Positions 1-10,053 of a stretch of DNA of 64,000 nucleotides are shown here, in pieces. The notes under the pieces were generated by a model. That model ran no database searches and was not told where the DNA came from. It saw only the letters and a program-made list of their open reading frames with translations. The position numbers and the translations under genes were made by a program. Positions within the stretch are counted from its first letter, which is position 1; each line of letters starts with the position of its first letter. Source of the stretch: a virus (Duplodnaviria; Caudoviricetes); the IMG/VR virus record IMGVR_UViG_3300032324_000909, positions 32,001-96,000 of that record. One strand, 5' to 3'.

Positions 1-17
1 GATAACGAGGTAAAGCT

Positions 18-1919
18 ATGAGCTTAATAGTAGGAAGTCAACGCAGTAAAAATCCCACTAACGTTAACGAGGAGTTATTAAAACTTACTGGTGAGCTTAG
101 TGATGAAGACGCTAGACGGTCACTGGCTAAATTCATGCGCCATAACTTGGGCTTTACCACTGAGTTAGCACTTGGCATTACTTTAGAGTCCTATCAGGAA
201 TTAACGATAAAATCATTTTTTAATCGTAATTATTGCATGTTGGTTTGGGGTCGTGGTTGCGCAAAAAGTTTTAGTGCAGCTGTTTACTGCGTACTAAAAT
301 GCATTTTCGAGCCCGGTACTAAAATATTAATCGCGTCAATCAACTTTCGTACAAGTCGAAGACTGTTTAATGAAATTGAGAAATTTTTAGCAAGTCCAGA
401 GGCATCGTTGGCAAGACAATGTTTTGGTGACAAAATGAAACGTAATGATCAATACGAATGGCTAATCAACGGTGGTAGCATTACTGCTATTCCACTTACT
501 GGCGAAAAGATTCGCGGTATTCGTGCAAACGTTCTTATTCTTGACGAGTTTCTATTGTTGCCTCCAGATATTATTGATAACGTGCTAATGCCGTTCTTGA
601 GTTCACCAAGAGATGTTAGTGATAGAATTAGAACTAGAAAGTTAGAAGAAGAACTTATTAAAAAGGGTTTATTGCATCCAGATAATAAACAAATTTTTGA
701 AAACACTTCTCAAATGCTAGCACTTAGTTCTGCTAGCTATACTTTCGAGCATTTGTTTAGGGTACACGAGCAATGGGCGAATTTAATTGAAAATCCAGAA
801 GAGCAAGAGGCAAAAGAAGGGGAATTACCCGGTACGTACTTTATATCACAGTTAGGTTATGAGGCATTACCTAATCACATGGTAGATCAGGCTGCAATTC
901 AATTAGCCAAAAATGGAGGCAGTTCACACAACTCATTCCTTCGAGAATATTGTGCAAGATTTATTGATGGTGGTGATAGTTATTTTTCGCCAAAGAAAAT
1001 GCATGTTTGTACAATACCAGATGGAGAATATCCAACTACAAAAATTATTGGAGATGCTGATAAAAAGTATATACTTGCTATAGATCCTAACTTCTCTTCT
1101 TCTAGAAGCTCTGACTATTTTGCAATGAGCGTTATTGAGCTAGACGAGGAAAAGAAACAGGGAATACTTGTTCATGGGTATCAAGCGGCTGGCAGTTCTT
1201 TACAGGATCATATTAAGTATTTATATTATATATTTAAGAATTTTAATATAACATTCATGATTATTGACCATGCTGGTGCAGATACCTTTATTGATGCTGT
1301 AAATAATTCTCAATATTTTAAAGACATGAACAGGTCTATTAAGTTTATAGATTTTGATTCCGATGCGGAAAATGAAGATTATAGTAAAATGTTAAAAGAG
1401 GCAGCTAGGCAATATAATAAAGATATTGGAGCGATTTGCGTAAAGCAGTATTTCACATCAGCGTTTTTAGGTAGAGCCAACTCTTATTTGCAGACTTGTA
1501 TTGATCATAAAAAAATATGGTTTGCATCTAGAGCTAGTAATCACCCTGAAATTCTAGAAAATATGTTTACTATGAATTTGCCAATGGATTATGTTTATCC
1601 AAGGGGTATTGGAGACCGTGCTGATAATGAATATGAAACAAAAAAATTAACAGTTAGAGAATTTATAGAACAGCAAGACTTTATTGTTAAGGATACAAAA
1701 GACCAGTGTGCCAATGTTGAAGTTACGACCACTTCTAGGGGAACACAAAGCTTTGACCTACCTTCGCACTTAAGAAAGTCAACTAGCGTTAATCGCGCTA
1801 GAAAGGATAATTATACCACACTAATGTTAGGTAATTGGGCTGTAAAATGTTATTTTGATATGATATCTGCAGAAAATAATAAGAAAAAGAACACTGAATT
1901 TGTAGCCGTGCTGATTTAA
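18..1919 (+). CDS. terL: Terminase large subunit
   Basis: Walker A-like GRGCAKS, GIRANVLILDE Walker B, C-terminal RNase H-like nuclease (ILAIDP...SDYFA...KDNYT); directly upstream of portal. Confidence 0.9.
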   Translation: MSLIVGSQRSKNPTNVNEELLKLTGELSDEDARRSLAKFMRHNLGFTTELALGITLESYQELTIKSFFNRNYCMLVWGRGCAKSFSAAVYCVLKCIFEPGTKILIASINFRTSRRLFNEIEKFLASPEASLARQCFGDKMKRNDQYEWLINGGSITAIPLTGEKIRGIRANVLILDEFLLLPPDIIDNVLMPFLSSPRDVSDRIRTRKLEEELIKKGLLHPDNKQIFENTSQMLALSSASYTFEHLFRVHEQWANLIENPEEQEAKEGELPGTYFISQLGYEALPNHMVDQAAIQLAKNGGSSHNSFLREYCARFIDGGDSYFSPKKMHVCTIPDGEYPTTKIIGDADKKYILAIDPNFSSSRSSDYFAMSVIELDEEKKQGILVHGYQAAGSSLQDHIKYLYYIFKNFNITFMIIDHAGADTFIDAVNNSQYFKDMNRSIKFIDFDSDAENEDYSKMLKEAARQYNKDIGAICVKQYFTSAFLGRANSYLQTCIDHKKIWFASRASNHPEILENMFTMNLPMDYVYPRGIGDRADNEYETKKLTVREFIEQQDFIVKDTKDQCANVEVTTTSRGTQSFDLPSHLRKSTSVNRARKDNYTTLMLGNWAVKCYFDMISAENNKKKNTEFVAVLI

Positions 1920-1930
1920 AACAGATTTTG

Positions 1931-1936
1931 GTGTAA
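1931..1936 (+). promoter_or_regulatory. GTGTAA putative late promoter (portal)
   Basis: Same hexamer lies upstream of most virion gene starts. Confidence 0.6.
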
Positions 1937-1955
1937 TTAATCTTTATAATAAAAT

Positions 1956-3905
1956 ATGAGCAATAAGGCGAAAAATTTATCTTTTCCAGAACCACAGATA
2001 ATCGAGGGTTCTAGCAATGGTAAGAAAAAAAATATAGAAATCGCGGCCTCTTCTCGTGGTGAAGTGGGTTCCGCCGTTCGTAGAAACGCGGCATCTACTA
2101 TTGCCCGTACTGATAAGTATGCAAATATAGAAGGTGGTGTTATACCATTCGCTTATGGTGGCGGTCTCGGCAAGTACACTTCTACAGTAAGTATTCGTGA
2201 TGCTATCATTCTTTGCCAAAAGGCTTATTATAATTTTTCAATTTTTAGAAATACAATTGACTTAATGACGGATTTTACATGTTCGTCAATATATTTTACT
2301 GGTGGAAACTCGCAATCACTCAAGTTTTTTAAAGCTTGGGGTGAAAGAGTTAACCTATGGAAATTACAAGATATGTTTTTCAGGGAGTTTTTCCGTAGTG
2401 GAAACGTATTTTTATATAAATTAAATGCAGAGTTCAGTAAAGATGATATGATGCAGATCAGCGAAATTCTAGCTGCCCAAAATCAGGATATTCCTATAAG
2501 ATATATAGTATTAAACCCAGCTGATATTCAATCTATTGGTTCGGCATCTTTTGTGAGTCCGCGTTACGTAAAAGTATTAAATGATTTTGAAATACAGGTA
2601 ATGACTAATCCACAAACGGATGAGGATAAGGAATTAGCTCAAAAAATAAAAGAATTCGGAGAAATACGTCAGGGTGGAAAAATGAATCAGGGAAATCAGT
2701 TTCTAATGTTTAATTTAGACCCTAGTCGCGTGAAGGCGGTTTTTTATAAAAAACAAGACTACGAGCCATTTAGTGTACCAATGGGTTTCCCCGTTCTTGA
2801 AGACATCAACTGGAAACAGGAATTAAAAAATATTGACATGGCAATTAGTCGAACCGTACAACAGGCCATCTTATTGGTTACAATGGGTAACGACGAGGTT
2901 GGAATGCCAAGTAAAGAGCAGATAGTAAATTTAAGAAAAATTTTCGAAAATGAAAGTGTGGGTCGTATTTTAGTAACTGATTATACTACTAATATAAAAT
3001 TTGTCATACCAGAAATTGGTCAAATACTAGATCCTAAAAAATATGAAGTTGTTGATAGAGATATTAGATACGGACTAAATAACGTACTAGTTGGTGATGA
3101 AAAATATTCGAATACTAGCACAAAGGTAGAAGTATTTTTGTCTAGATTAAAACATGCTAGAGAGGCGTTTTTAAATCAATTTCTTGTACCAGAAATGAAA
3201 GATATTGGTAAAAAATTAGGATTTAAATCTATACCTACTGCTAGATTTACAGATTCGGATTTTAGAGATGACGCAAATCTTACTCGTATATATACAAGAC
3301 TTGTTGAGTTGGGGGCATTAACTCCAGAGGAAGGAATGACTGCAATTGAAACTGGTAGGCTTCCGTTACCCGAAGAGAGCATTGAGTCTCAGAAAAAATT
3401 TGTAGAACTTCAAGATCAGGGCTTGTATCAGCCACTACTAAATAAGGTGCAACAGACTGGCTCAAGTGGCAAGCCAGAAGAAAAAAAATCTAAAGTAGCC
3501 AATAATATGCCCGGTAGACCAGCGGGTACAGGTACGCCTAAAATTACAAACAGAATAGGTAAAATTGGCGGAAGCAGTGAAGAAAAACAGCAGTCAAAAT
3601 TAAGTGCAAAAAAATTAGCAGAGAATCTAGTTAAATTTGATTCACTTATTTCCAGTATCGAAGACTCCCTCAAGAAGTCTTATAAGAAAAATAAGTTATC
3701 TAAAGAGCAAAAAAATATAATTAAAGAAGTTGCTGAGACCATTGCAACAAATGAAACTCCAGATAAATGGAATGAGAGTATCGCGTCTTATATCAATAAT
3801 CCAGTCAAGGTTACGGATAATATGACTAAGGTTGATGAGATATCTCAAAAACATTCGGTTGATCGTAAAACAGCTATACTTTTACTACACAGCGAAATAG
3901 AATAG
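1956..3905 (+). CDS. Portal protein
   Basis: Follows terminase; portal-like helical segments (FRNTIDLMTDF, FREFFRSGNVFLY), C-terminal PGRP low-complexity tail. Confidence 0.8.
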   Translation: MSNKAKNLSFPEPQIIEGSSNGKKKNIEIAASSRGEVGSAVRRNAASTIARTDKYANIEGGVIPFAYGGGLGKYTSTVSIRDAIILCQKAYYNFSIFRNTIDLMTDFTCSSIYFTGGNSQSLKFFKAWGERVNLWKLQDMFFREFFRSGNVFLYKLNAEFSKDDMMQISEILAAQNQDIPIRYIVLNPADIQSIGSASFVSPRYVKVLNDFEIQVMTNPQTDEDKELAQKIKEFGEIRQGGKMNQGNQFLMFNLDPSRVKAVFYKKQDYEPFSVPMGFPVLEDINWKQELKNIDMAISRTVQQAILLVTMGNDEVGMPSKEQIVNLRKIFENESVGRILVTDYTTNIKFVIPEIGQILDPKKYEVVDRDIRYGLNNVLVGDEKYSNTSTKVEVFLSRLKHAREAFLNQFLVPEMKDIGKKLGFKSIPTARFTDSDFRDDANLTRIYTRLVELGALTPEEGMTAIETGRLPLPEESIESQKKFVELQDQGLYQPLLNKVQQTGSSGKPEEKKSKVANNMPGRPAGTGTPKITNRIGKIGGSSEEKQQSKLSAKKLAENLVKFDSLISSIEDSLKKSYKKNKLSKEQKNIIKEVAETIATNETPDKWNESIASYINNPVKVTDNMTKVDEISQKHSVDRKTAILLLHSEIE

Positions 3906-3924
3906 TTAAAGTTATTAATATTAT

Positions 3925-3930
3925 GTGTAA
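3925..3930 (+). promoter_or_regulatory. GTGTAA putative late promoter, 8 nt before ATG
   Basis: GTGTAA-atcataat-ATG. Confidence 0.65.
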
Positions 3931-3938
3931 ATCATAAT

Positions 3939-4523
3939 ATGAGAATAGCATTTAATATATTAATTATATTAAGTATATTTGTACTAAGTGGTTGTACAGT
4001 TTATACCGAAAAGCAAACAGAGGCAGTAAGCCAATCTGTTTATGCTACCAAAGATTCTATTGATTTGGCTAGAATTGATTTAGCTGAAAGTTATATTAAC
4101 GAAACTGTAAAGTTAATTAATCCACCTAAAAAAAGAATTGGAATTAGTGCTATTTATCAAAATCCTATACAGGTAAATGATTCAAAACAGAGAATTGTAA
4201 TTGTTCCAGAGCAGTATAAAAGTGATAAAGTAGTGGTAGTTAACTCCACGGACTATGATAACTTATTAAAGGATAAAGATATTGCTGTTCAATTAAAGAA
4301 AGATAATGAAATTTTAACAAGGGCTAGAAGTGAGTTTGATGCTGAACGTACAAAGCAACAGGAAATGCAAAATAAGATGGTAAGGGATCTTAATGTTATG
4401 CAAAAGAAACTGCTAGAGAAAGACTTAGCTATACTTTGGAGAAATATTATTATTGCAGTTCTTATCGCAGTAATTGGTGGATATATCTATATTAGAATGA
4501 ATAGCGGATTTAGATTATTTTAA
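3939..4523 (+). CDS. Putative unimolecular spanin (lipoprotein with C-terminal TM helix)
   Basis: Signal peptide with lipobox VLSG-C, coiled-coil middle, C-terminal hydrophobic helix IIIAVLIAVIGGYIYI; next to holin and endolysin. Confidence 0.6.
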   Translation: MRIAFNILIILSIFVLSGCTVYTEKQTEAVSQSVYATKDSIDLARIDLAESYINETVKLINPPKKRIGISAIYQNPIQVNDSKQRIVIVPEQYKSDKVVVVNSTDYDNLLKDKDIAVQLKKDNEILTRARSEFDAERTKQQEMQNKMVRDLNVMQKKLLEKDLAILWRNIIIAVLIAVIGGYIYIRMNSGFRLF

Positions 4524-4524
4524 T

Positions 4525-4962
4525 ATGCGCTTATTTGAAAATATTACGGATATTGCAAGGTCAGCTAGTGCTTTTCTACAAAATGGTAAGGCGCCCCCGA
4601 ATACTCCTGATTATTTAAAACAAAAAATGGAAGAGACTAACCACCTTTCTTCAAAAAAATTCTTTGTTATATTTACCTCAATATTAATGTTGGCTGCCTT
4701 ATATTATTCTAGTGTTGCAATACTTTTTGCGATAAGAATGCCTGAACATGTGGCGGCCTTTGTTACCTTATTTTCTAAAACTATAGAAATATTTGCAATT
4801 ATCATCGCTTCGTACCTTGGTGTTGAGGCTGTTGTTGATTTAAAATATAACAGTGCTTCTAATGCAGAGGTTAGGGGAGAGATTGCAGTTGAAAAGAAAG
4901 AAGTTATTCTTACGCATAATACAAAAGAAGATGATTACGATATTTCTGAGATATTAATATGA
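4525..4962 (+). CDS. Putative holin
   Basis: SSKKF followed by two hydrophobic helices; immediately upstream of endolysin. Confidence 0.6.
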   Translation: MRLFENITDIARSASAFLQNGKAPPNTPDYLKQKMEETNHLSSKKFFVIFTSILMLAALYYSSVAILFAIRMPEHVAAFVTLFSKTIEIFAIIIASYLGVEAVVDLKYNSASNAEVRGEIAVEKKEVILTHNTKEDDYDISEILI

Positions 4963-5573
4963 AAAAACCTTCACCAAAAGCACTAGATTTAATATTGAAG
5001 TACGAAGTAGGGGGTGGTAAGTCGTATTACGATAGGTTTTTAGCCAAGCCAACGTGGCCCGGTGGCGCAAGTGGTATGACGCTCGGTATAGGAGTGGATT
5101 GTGGTTACTATACTCCTGCAGAACTAGAAAAGATATTTAATTTTTTACCTAAAAAGCAATTAGACATTGTTAAAGGCGCGTCTGGCAAAAAGGGGCTAGC
5201 CGGTAAGGAGTATACAAATCAATATAAAAATAGTGGTATAATTATAACTTGGGATCAAGCTATAGATATTTTTAATGATCTTATTTGGCCTAAGTTTGCC
5301 AAGCTTGCCGAAAGGGCTTTCCCAGAACTAGATAAGCTATGTGATAATGCGTATGGTGCAATTGTCTCATTAGTTTTTAACCGTGGGTCTAGCTTAACTG
5401 GTGATAGTCGTAGGGAAATGAGGGAAATAAAAACCCTTGTGCCGAAAAAGGATTATAGAAGCATTGCCCTTGAGTTTCAAAAAATGAAACGTATATGGAG
5501 GGACAAGGGGCTAGATGGCCTATTGGAAAGACGCGATGCAGAGTCAAGTTTAATCCTTTCCTGTATAAATTAA
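4959..5573 (+). CDS. Endolysin, lysozyme-like muramidase
   Basis: LILKYEVGG catalytic Glu, SGMTLGIGVDCG, AIVSLVFNRG, GLLERRDAE (GH24/pesticin-like motifs). Confidence 0.85.
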   Translation: MKKPSPKALDLILKYEVGGGKSYYDRFLAKPTWPGGASGMTLGIGVDCGYYTPAELEKIFNFLPKKQLDIVKGASGKKGLAGKEYTNQYKNSGIIITWDQAIDIFNDLIWPKFAKLAERAFPELDKLCDNAYGAIVSLVFNRGSSLTGDSRREMREIKTLVPKKDYRSIALEFQKMKRIWRDKGLDGLLERRDAESSLILSCIN

Positions 5574-5574
5574 T

Positions 5575-5603
5575 TTGTTTTTATTTGTAAAAATTTATAA
5601 TAT
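5575..5603 (+). promoter_or_regulatory. Sigma70-type promoter positioned for leaderless start at 5610
   Basis: TTGTTT-N17-TAATAT-N6-ATG. Confidence 0.45.
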
Positions 5604-5609
5604 AAATAT

Positions 5610-7322
5610 ATGATAATAGAAGAAAAAGCGCAAACAGGTTTTGATTATTCTGATCTAGAATACAGACCCGGTAGTAAAACTAATTTATGTGCATTTGAAT
5701 TTGCAAATAATGCAAATAATGAATTATTAGTAAATCGTAAATTAAAAAATATTGCGCATATTCAGGCAGACAGTGTAAATTTTAACATGGATAAATTTAA
5801 ATACCAAGTAAAGTTTGATGGCATTATAGTACAGGCAATGGTTCCATTTGAGGAAGATAAGTATTTAGCTGTAGCATCTATTGATCAATTAAAATCATAT
5901 CTGCCACAAAAAGTTGATTTGGATATAAATAAAGACTTAATGGGCGTAGCTTTTGACGCATTTGTTGTAAATCGTGGTAACAAAAATGGTCATATCATTA
6001 GTACAGAAGTAGCACTAGCTATGGTTGAAAATTTTGTTAATAAGCCTTTTAATATTGAGCATAATAGAAAAACTGTTGTAGGTTTTTGTACTGGTTATGG
6101 TTTTAGTGAATTTGGTACTAGCAATCCATTAACTCTTGAACAGGTATCTGCAAGTAACGAGCCTTTCAACGTAGTTCTTTCTGGCTATGTATGGAAAATT
6201 GTTAATCCAGAGTTTGCGGAAGAACTTGTTAAGAGCAGTGATCCAAGCTCTACAGACTATCTATCGGTTAGTGCGAGTTGGGAACTTGGTTTTAACGAGT
6301 TTAATATAGCTAAAGGAAGCAAGAATTTAGCTGAAGCCTATATAATAGACGATGAGGAAGAAATTTTAAAATTAAAAGATTCATTAAGAGTCTTTGGCGG
6401 AAAGGGTTCAGATGAGGACGGTAATTTACTTTTACTGAATCTGCAAGGAACAGTATTGCCATTAGGAATAGGCTTCACTAACAACCCGGCAGCGGAAGTT
6501 AAGGGTGTAGTTATTTCCTATGATAAGCAAGAAATTGAGATAGTACAAGAAGACGCTAATAATAAAAATGAAAATCAAGAGAATGAAATTAATAAAAAAA
6601 GTGTCCCTTGTGATAATTATGATGTAAAAAGTACTATGCAAATTAATAAGATTGAAGACATCACAGAAGATTCCATTAAGGAAGTTTCTGCAAGCGCAGT
6701 TCGTGAATTTATTTCTAATAGTATTGCTGACCTTTCAAGAGATTGGCAATCCAAAGTAGAAGAAAAAGATAACGCACTAGTTAATGCCGAAGAAAAAGTT
6801 AACATGCTTAAGGGCGAGCTAGAAGCGATGAAGACTGAGAGCGAAAAGCTTAAAGAAGAATTCAATTCCATTCAGGACGCTATCAAGGCTCAGGAAATTG
6901 AAGCAACTTTCCAGCGTCGTATGTCGCTTGTTGATGAAGAGTTTAATCTATCCAACGAGGATCGTGAAATTATTGCAGAAGATTTACATGCTATCGAGAA
7001 TGACGAGGCTTTCGAGAAGTGGTACAATAAATTCAGCACAATTGCTTCCGCTAAGAAAAAAACAAATAAAACAGTAGAAGTAGTTGCTAGTACCGTTGAG
7101 GAAGAAGCTGCTGTTGAAGCTCCTGCCAAAGAGGTCGCTGAAGAAGCTGTTGTTGTAGAAACCGAAGAGTCTCCATCAGAAGAGAAGTCTGTTGAAGAGA
7201 TTGTTTCTTCGGTAAAAGAAGAGAAACAAATCATCCCAAACACATCTAGCACACAAGAAATTAGCTTAGTTGAAAAAATAAGTGCCGCTTTCAATAAAAA
7301 TAGTGTAAAGATCAATAGATAA
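5610..7322 (+). CDS. Prohead protease fused to coiled-coil scaffold (alternative in-frame start at 5787)
   Basis: PFNIEH and SVSASWE motifs of HK97-type protease, then acidic coiled coil; upstream of decoration and capsid genes. Confidence 0.75.
   Translation: MIIEEKAQTGFDYSDLEYRPGSKTNLCAFEFANNANNELLVNRKLKNIAHIQADSVNFNMDKFKYQVKFDGIIVQAMVPFEEDKYLAVASIDQLKSYLPQKVDLDINKDLMGVAFDAFVVNRGNKNGHIISTEVALAMVENFVNKPFNIEHNRKTVVGFCTGYGFSEFGTSNPLTLEQVSASNEPFNVVLSGYVWKIVNPEFAEELVKSSDPSSTDYLSVSASWELGFNEFNIAKGSKNLAEAYIIDDEEEILKLKDSLRVFGGKGSDEDGNLLLLNLQGTVLPLGIGFTNNPAAEVKGVVISYDKQEIEIVQEDANNKNENQENEINKKSVPCDNYDVKSTMQINKIEDITEDSIKEVSASAVREFISNSIADLSRDWQSKVEEKDNALVNAEEKVNMLKGELEAMKTESEKLKEEFNSIQDAIKAQEIEATFQRRMSLVDEEFNLSNEDREIIAEDLHAIENDEAFEKWYNKFSTIASAKKKTNKTVEVVASTVEEEAAVEAPAKEVAEEAVVVETEESPSEEKSVEEIVSSVKEEKQIIPNTSSTQEISLVEKISAAFNKNSVKINR
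5773..5778 (+). promoter_or_regulatory. Internal GTGTAA late promoter, 8 nt before in-frame ATG 5787
   Basis: GTGTAA-attttaac-ATG; same spacing as at 3925 and 9508. Confidence 0.55.
7303..7308 (+). promoter_or_regulatory. GTGTAA putative late promoter for decoration/capsid genes
   Basis: Motif at end of scaffold gene, 45 nt before ATG 7354. Confidence 0.55.
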
Positions 7323-7353
7323 TTATATCTAACAAAAATTTAAACAAAAACAT

Positions 7354-7890
7354 ATGAGTAACTTAAAACCATTCCGTGATTATAGTGAACACGATGTTAT
7401 TAACCTATTCGCTGTCTCTGGCGCAAGTGTCGATAAGGGCACTGTCGTCGTAGCCAACGGGCAGGGTATTAACCTCAAAGATTCAACTTTAGTTGATAAC
7501 ATTTCCGTATTTGGAAATAGCGTTTCATCCCACCTAGGAGTTCCTTGGACAGTTTCTCCAGCACCATCTGGCGCAGCAAAGGGCCAGATTGTTGGTCTTC
7601 TTCTAAAGGACGTTCGTAGCGTTGATGAAAATGGCGAAGCACTTCTATTTAAGCCCCGTAAGGCCGCTGAAATGGACGTAATTATTAGTGGACAGGCAGC
7701 CCCAATTCTAACAAAGGGTGTTGTACTAGTTGGCCCTATCGTTGGAACACCAGCTTTCGGCAGTGGAGCAGCAGTTTCCGATTCCGGAAATGGCGATATC
7801 AAGGTTGTTACTTATGGTAATGCAACTGTAGGTAAGTTCCTTGGCCCTAAGAATGATGAAGGTTTCGCTCTTCTAAAAATCGAGCTATAA
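7354..7890 (+). CDS. Capsid decoration/cement protein
   Basis: Small Gly/Val-rich beta protein between scaffold and major capsid genes. Confidence 0.6.
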   Translation: MSNLKPFRDYSEHDVINLFAVSGASVDKGTVVVANGQGINLKDSTLVDNISVFGNSVSSHLGVPWTVSPAPSGAAKGQIVGLLLKDVRSVDENGEALLFKPRKAAEMDVIISGQAAPILTKGVVLVGPIVGTPAFGSGAAVSDSGNGDIKVVTYGNATVGKFLGPKNDEGFALLKIEL

Positions 7891-7909
7891 TATCTAAAAA
7901 TTTAAAAAT

Positions 7910-9019
7910 ATGAAAATCCAATTCGAAAAAAATCCAGAACAGGTTGAGCTAATCAAGGCTCTTGCCTCGGACAATAAATCAACAGCCCTAGAGGCTCAGG
8001 AAGCTTTCGCAGCTTTCATTAGTCAGGTAGTTCAGCAAGTGCTACTACAGACTGGTACTGCTAGCGCTATTTATCGTGATATTGAGTTTGATGAAGATGA
8101 TTCTCCATCAATCCCTCTAGATCTATACTATGGAGCACAGGAAGGAACCATTAGTGTCTGGAGTCAGACAGTAGGTGGTGGTCTACCAACTAACTTCGTA
8201 CAGGGCACTCAGGAGATGAAGGTTAGTACATATCGCTTAGATAGCGCAATCTCCATGGAGAAGCGTTATGTCCGCAGAGCACGTTTAGACGTTGTTGCAG
8301 CTGGATTAGAGCGTATGGCCAACGAGCTTCTTGTTAAGCAGGAGCGTAATGCGTGGGCAGTTGTCCTAAAGGCTCTTGCCGAGGCTTCTACTCAGTCCCA
8401 GAAGCACATCATCCGCTCTGGAACAGCTGGTACATATCAGCTAGACGACATGAACAAGCTATGGACACTAGTTCGTAGATTGAATGCCGCCTACACTGGT
8501 GGAACACCTTCCGCACTACAGAGCCGTGGTCTAACAGACTTATTCGTAAGTCCAGAGGTCAAGGAGCAGATCCGTGGGTTTGCTTATCAGCCAATGAATA
8601 CTCGTACTGGTTCCACTGGATCCACACAGAGTAACACAGCCATTGCACTACCTGATAGTATCCGTGAGGAAATCTATCGCAGTGCTGGAACAAGTGAGAT
8701 CTTTGGTGTTACAATCCATGAGTTACTAGAACTAGGTGTTGGACGTAAGTACAACGATCTATTCGCCGCCTTCGCTGGTGGAACTTCCTACGGTGGAAGT
8801 ACTTTCAATGGATCCACAAGTCAGGTAATCGTTGGTGTGGATTCCACACGTAACGCTTTCTTACGCCCAGTTTCCATCCAGAGTGAGACACGTGGACAGG
8901 TTAAGGTTCTTCCTGATGACCAGTTCCTAGCTCGCAGTCAGAAGGTTGGCTTCTACAGTTATGTTGAAGAGGGCCGTGTAGTAACTGACGCTCGTGCAGT
9001 TTGCGGTTTAATCGTCTAA
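7910..9019 (+). CDS. Major capsid protein
   Basis: 369 aa, position after protease/decoration, strong codon bias, followed by strong terminator. Confidence 0.8.
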   Translation: MKIQFEKNPEQVELIKALASDNKSTALEAQEAFAAFISQVVQQVLLQTGTASAIYRDIEFDEDDSPSIPLDLYYGAQEGTISVWSQTVGGGLPTNFVQGTQEMKVSTYRLDSAISMEKRYVRRARLDVVAAGLERMANELLVKQERNAWAVVLKALAEASTQSQKHIIRSGTAGTYQLDDMNKLWTLVRRLNAAYTGGTPSALQSRGLTDLFVSPEVKEQIRGFAYQPMNTRTGSTGSTQSNTAIALPDSIREEIYRSAGTSEIFGVTIHELLELGVGRKYNDLFAAFAGGTSYGGSTFNGSTSQVIVGVDSTRNAFLRPVSIQSETRGQVKVLPDDQFLARSQKVGFYSYVEEGRVVTDARAVCGLIV

Positions 9020-9042
9020 TAAGACTTAAACAACTATCAAAG

Positions 9043-9074
9043 AAAAGCCGCCAGAAATGGCGGCTTTTTCTTTT
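9043..9074 (+). terminator. Rho-independent terminator after major capsid gene
   Basis: AAAAGCCGCCA-GAAA-TGGCGGCTTTT then T tract. Confidence 0.9.
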
Positions 9075-9117
9075 GTAATTAAAATTGATAATTAATATTA
9101 ATCAGTTAATAATATAT

Positions 9118-9492
9118 ATGAGCAAAACTAAAAAGAGTTCCGTAAAACTAGATAAACAGGCACAACTAGATGGAAAGTGCGATGAAAAACCACAAGTTCA
9201 GATTGCTGGTTCTTTAGATTCGATTATGGGTGAGTGCTTGTCCTTGTATTCAGTTACAAATATAGAAGATTATAAAAATCAGATTTCCGAAATGAATCAA
9301 ACAGACCTGCAGACCCATGCCTATAAAATTGGATTAGTTCCAATAGAAGATCGCAGGGTTTTGATTTCAAGGCTATGTACGGAATTTGAACGCTGGAATA
9401 CTCGTATGACTCCACACGATGTTGGTGGGCTATCTAAGACAATTAACGATATTAACCAAAGAGCGCAAAAGATACTTAGAGAAGGTGCGTGA
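9118..9492 (+). CDS. Hypothetical protein (likely start ATG 9118)
   Basis: ORF track starts at TTG 9085 in AT-rich intergenic-like sequence; ATG 9118 is more plausible. Confidence 0.6.
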   Translation: MSKTKKSSVKLDKQAQLDGKCDEKPQVQIAGSLDSIMGECLSLYSVTNIEDYKNQISEMNQTDLQTHAYKIGLVPIEDRRVLISRLCTEFERWNTRMTPHDVGGLSKTINDINQRAQKILREGA

Positions 9493-9507
9493 TTGCAACG
9501 ATATTAT

Positions 9508-9513
9508 GTGTAA
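9508..9513 (+). promoter_or_regulatory. GTGTAA late promoter, 8 nt before GTG 9522
   Basis: GTGTAA-aatagtat-GTG. Confidence 0.6.
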
Positions 9514-9521
9514 AATAGTAT

Positions 9522-10052
9522 GTGAGCAATAATTATTTAGACAACTTTGTAAATAGTATTTATGGGCAGATTGGGGAACCTACCGCTTATTCTTTAAGTA
9601 GAGTAAGTGGATGGGTGTTGGATAATTCAAATTTAGGTAAACTAAATAACCTAATTGGGACAAATTATATTTCAGAATATATAACTGGGGTAACTGGATA
9701 TGCAATAACCCCACAGCCGGGCAATAATGAGTTAGCAATTTATTCTTTAGTATTTGAATATAATTATTATTCACAACTAGCTAGAGACACGGCAATTAGC
9801 GCTAGCACAGCGGCTGGAGACTGGACATCGCTTGCTGAGGGAGATAGTAGAATAAGTCGCGTAAATAAAAATGAAGTAAGTAAAACCCTCAGGGGTATTG
9901 CGTCCGACACCAAGCAGAATTTAGATAAATCTGTAAAAATGTATCTAAAGTATGAAGCTACCCCAAATCAGGTGGTTGGAGATGATACAGTGGCTTTAAA
10001 TAATTATGTTATTGTAGAATATAATAGAAATTATTATAGGGAATTATATTAG
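9522..10052 (+). CDS. Putative head-tail adaptor
   Basis: Position and size; SLAEGDSRIS resembles the adaptor beta hairpin. Confidence 0.5.
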   Translation: MSNNYLDNFVNSIYGQIGEPTAYSLSRVSGWVLDNSNLGKLNNLIGTNYISEYITGVTGYAITPQPGNNELAIYSLVFEYNYYSQLARDTAISASTAAGDWTSLAEGDSRISRVNKNEVSKTLRGIASDTKQNLDKSVKMYLKYEATPNQVVGDDTVALNNYVIVEYNRNYYRELY

Positions 10053-10053
10053 T

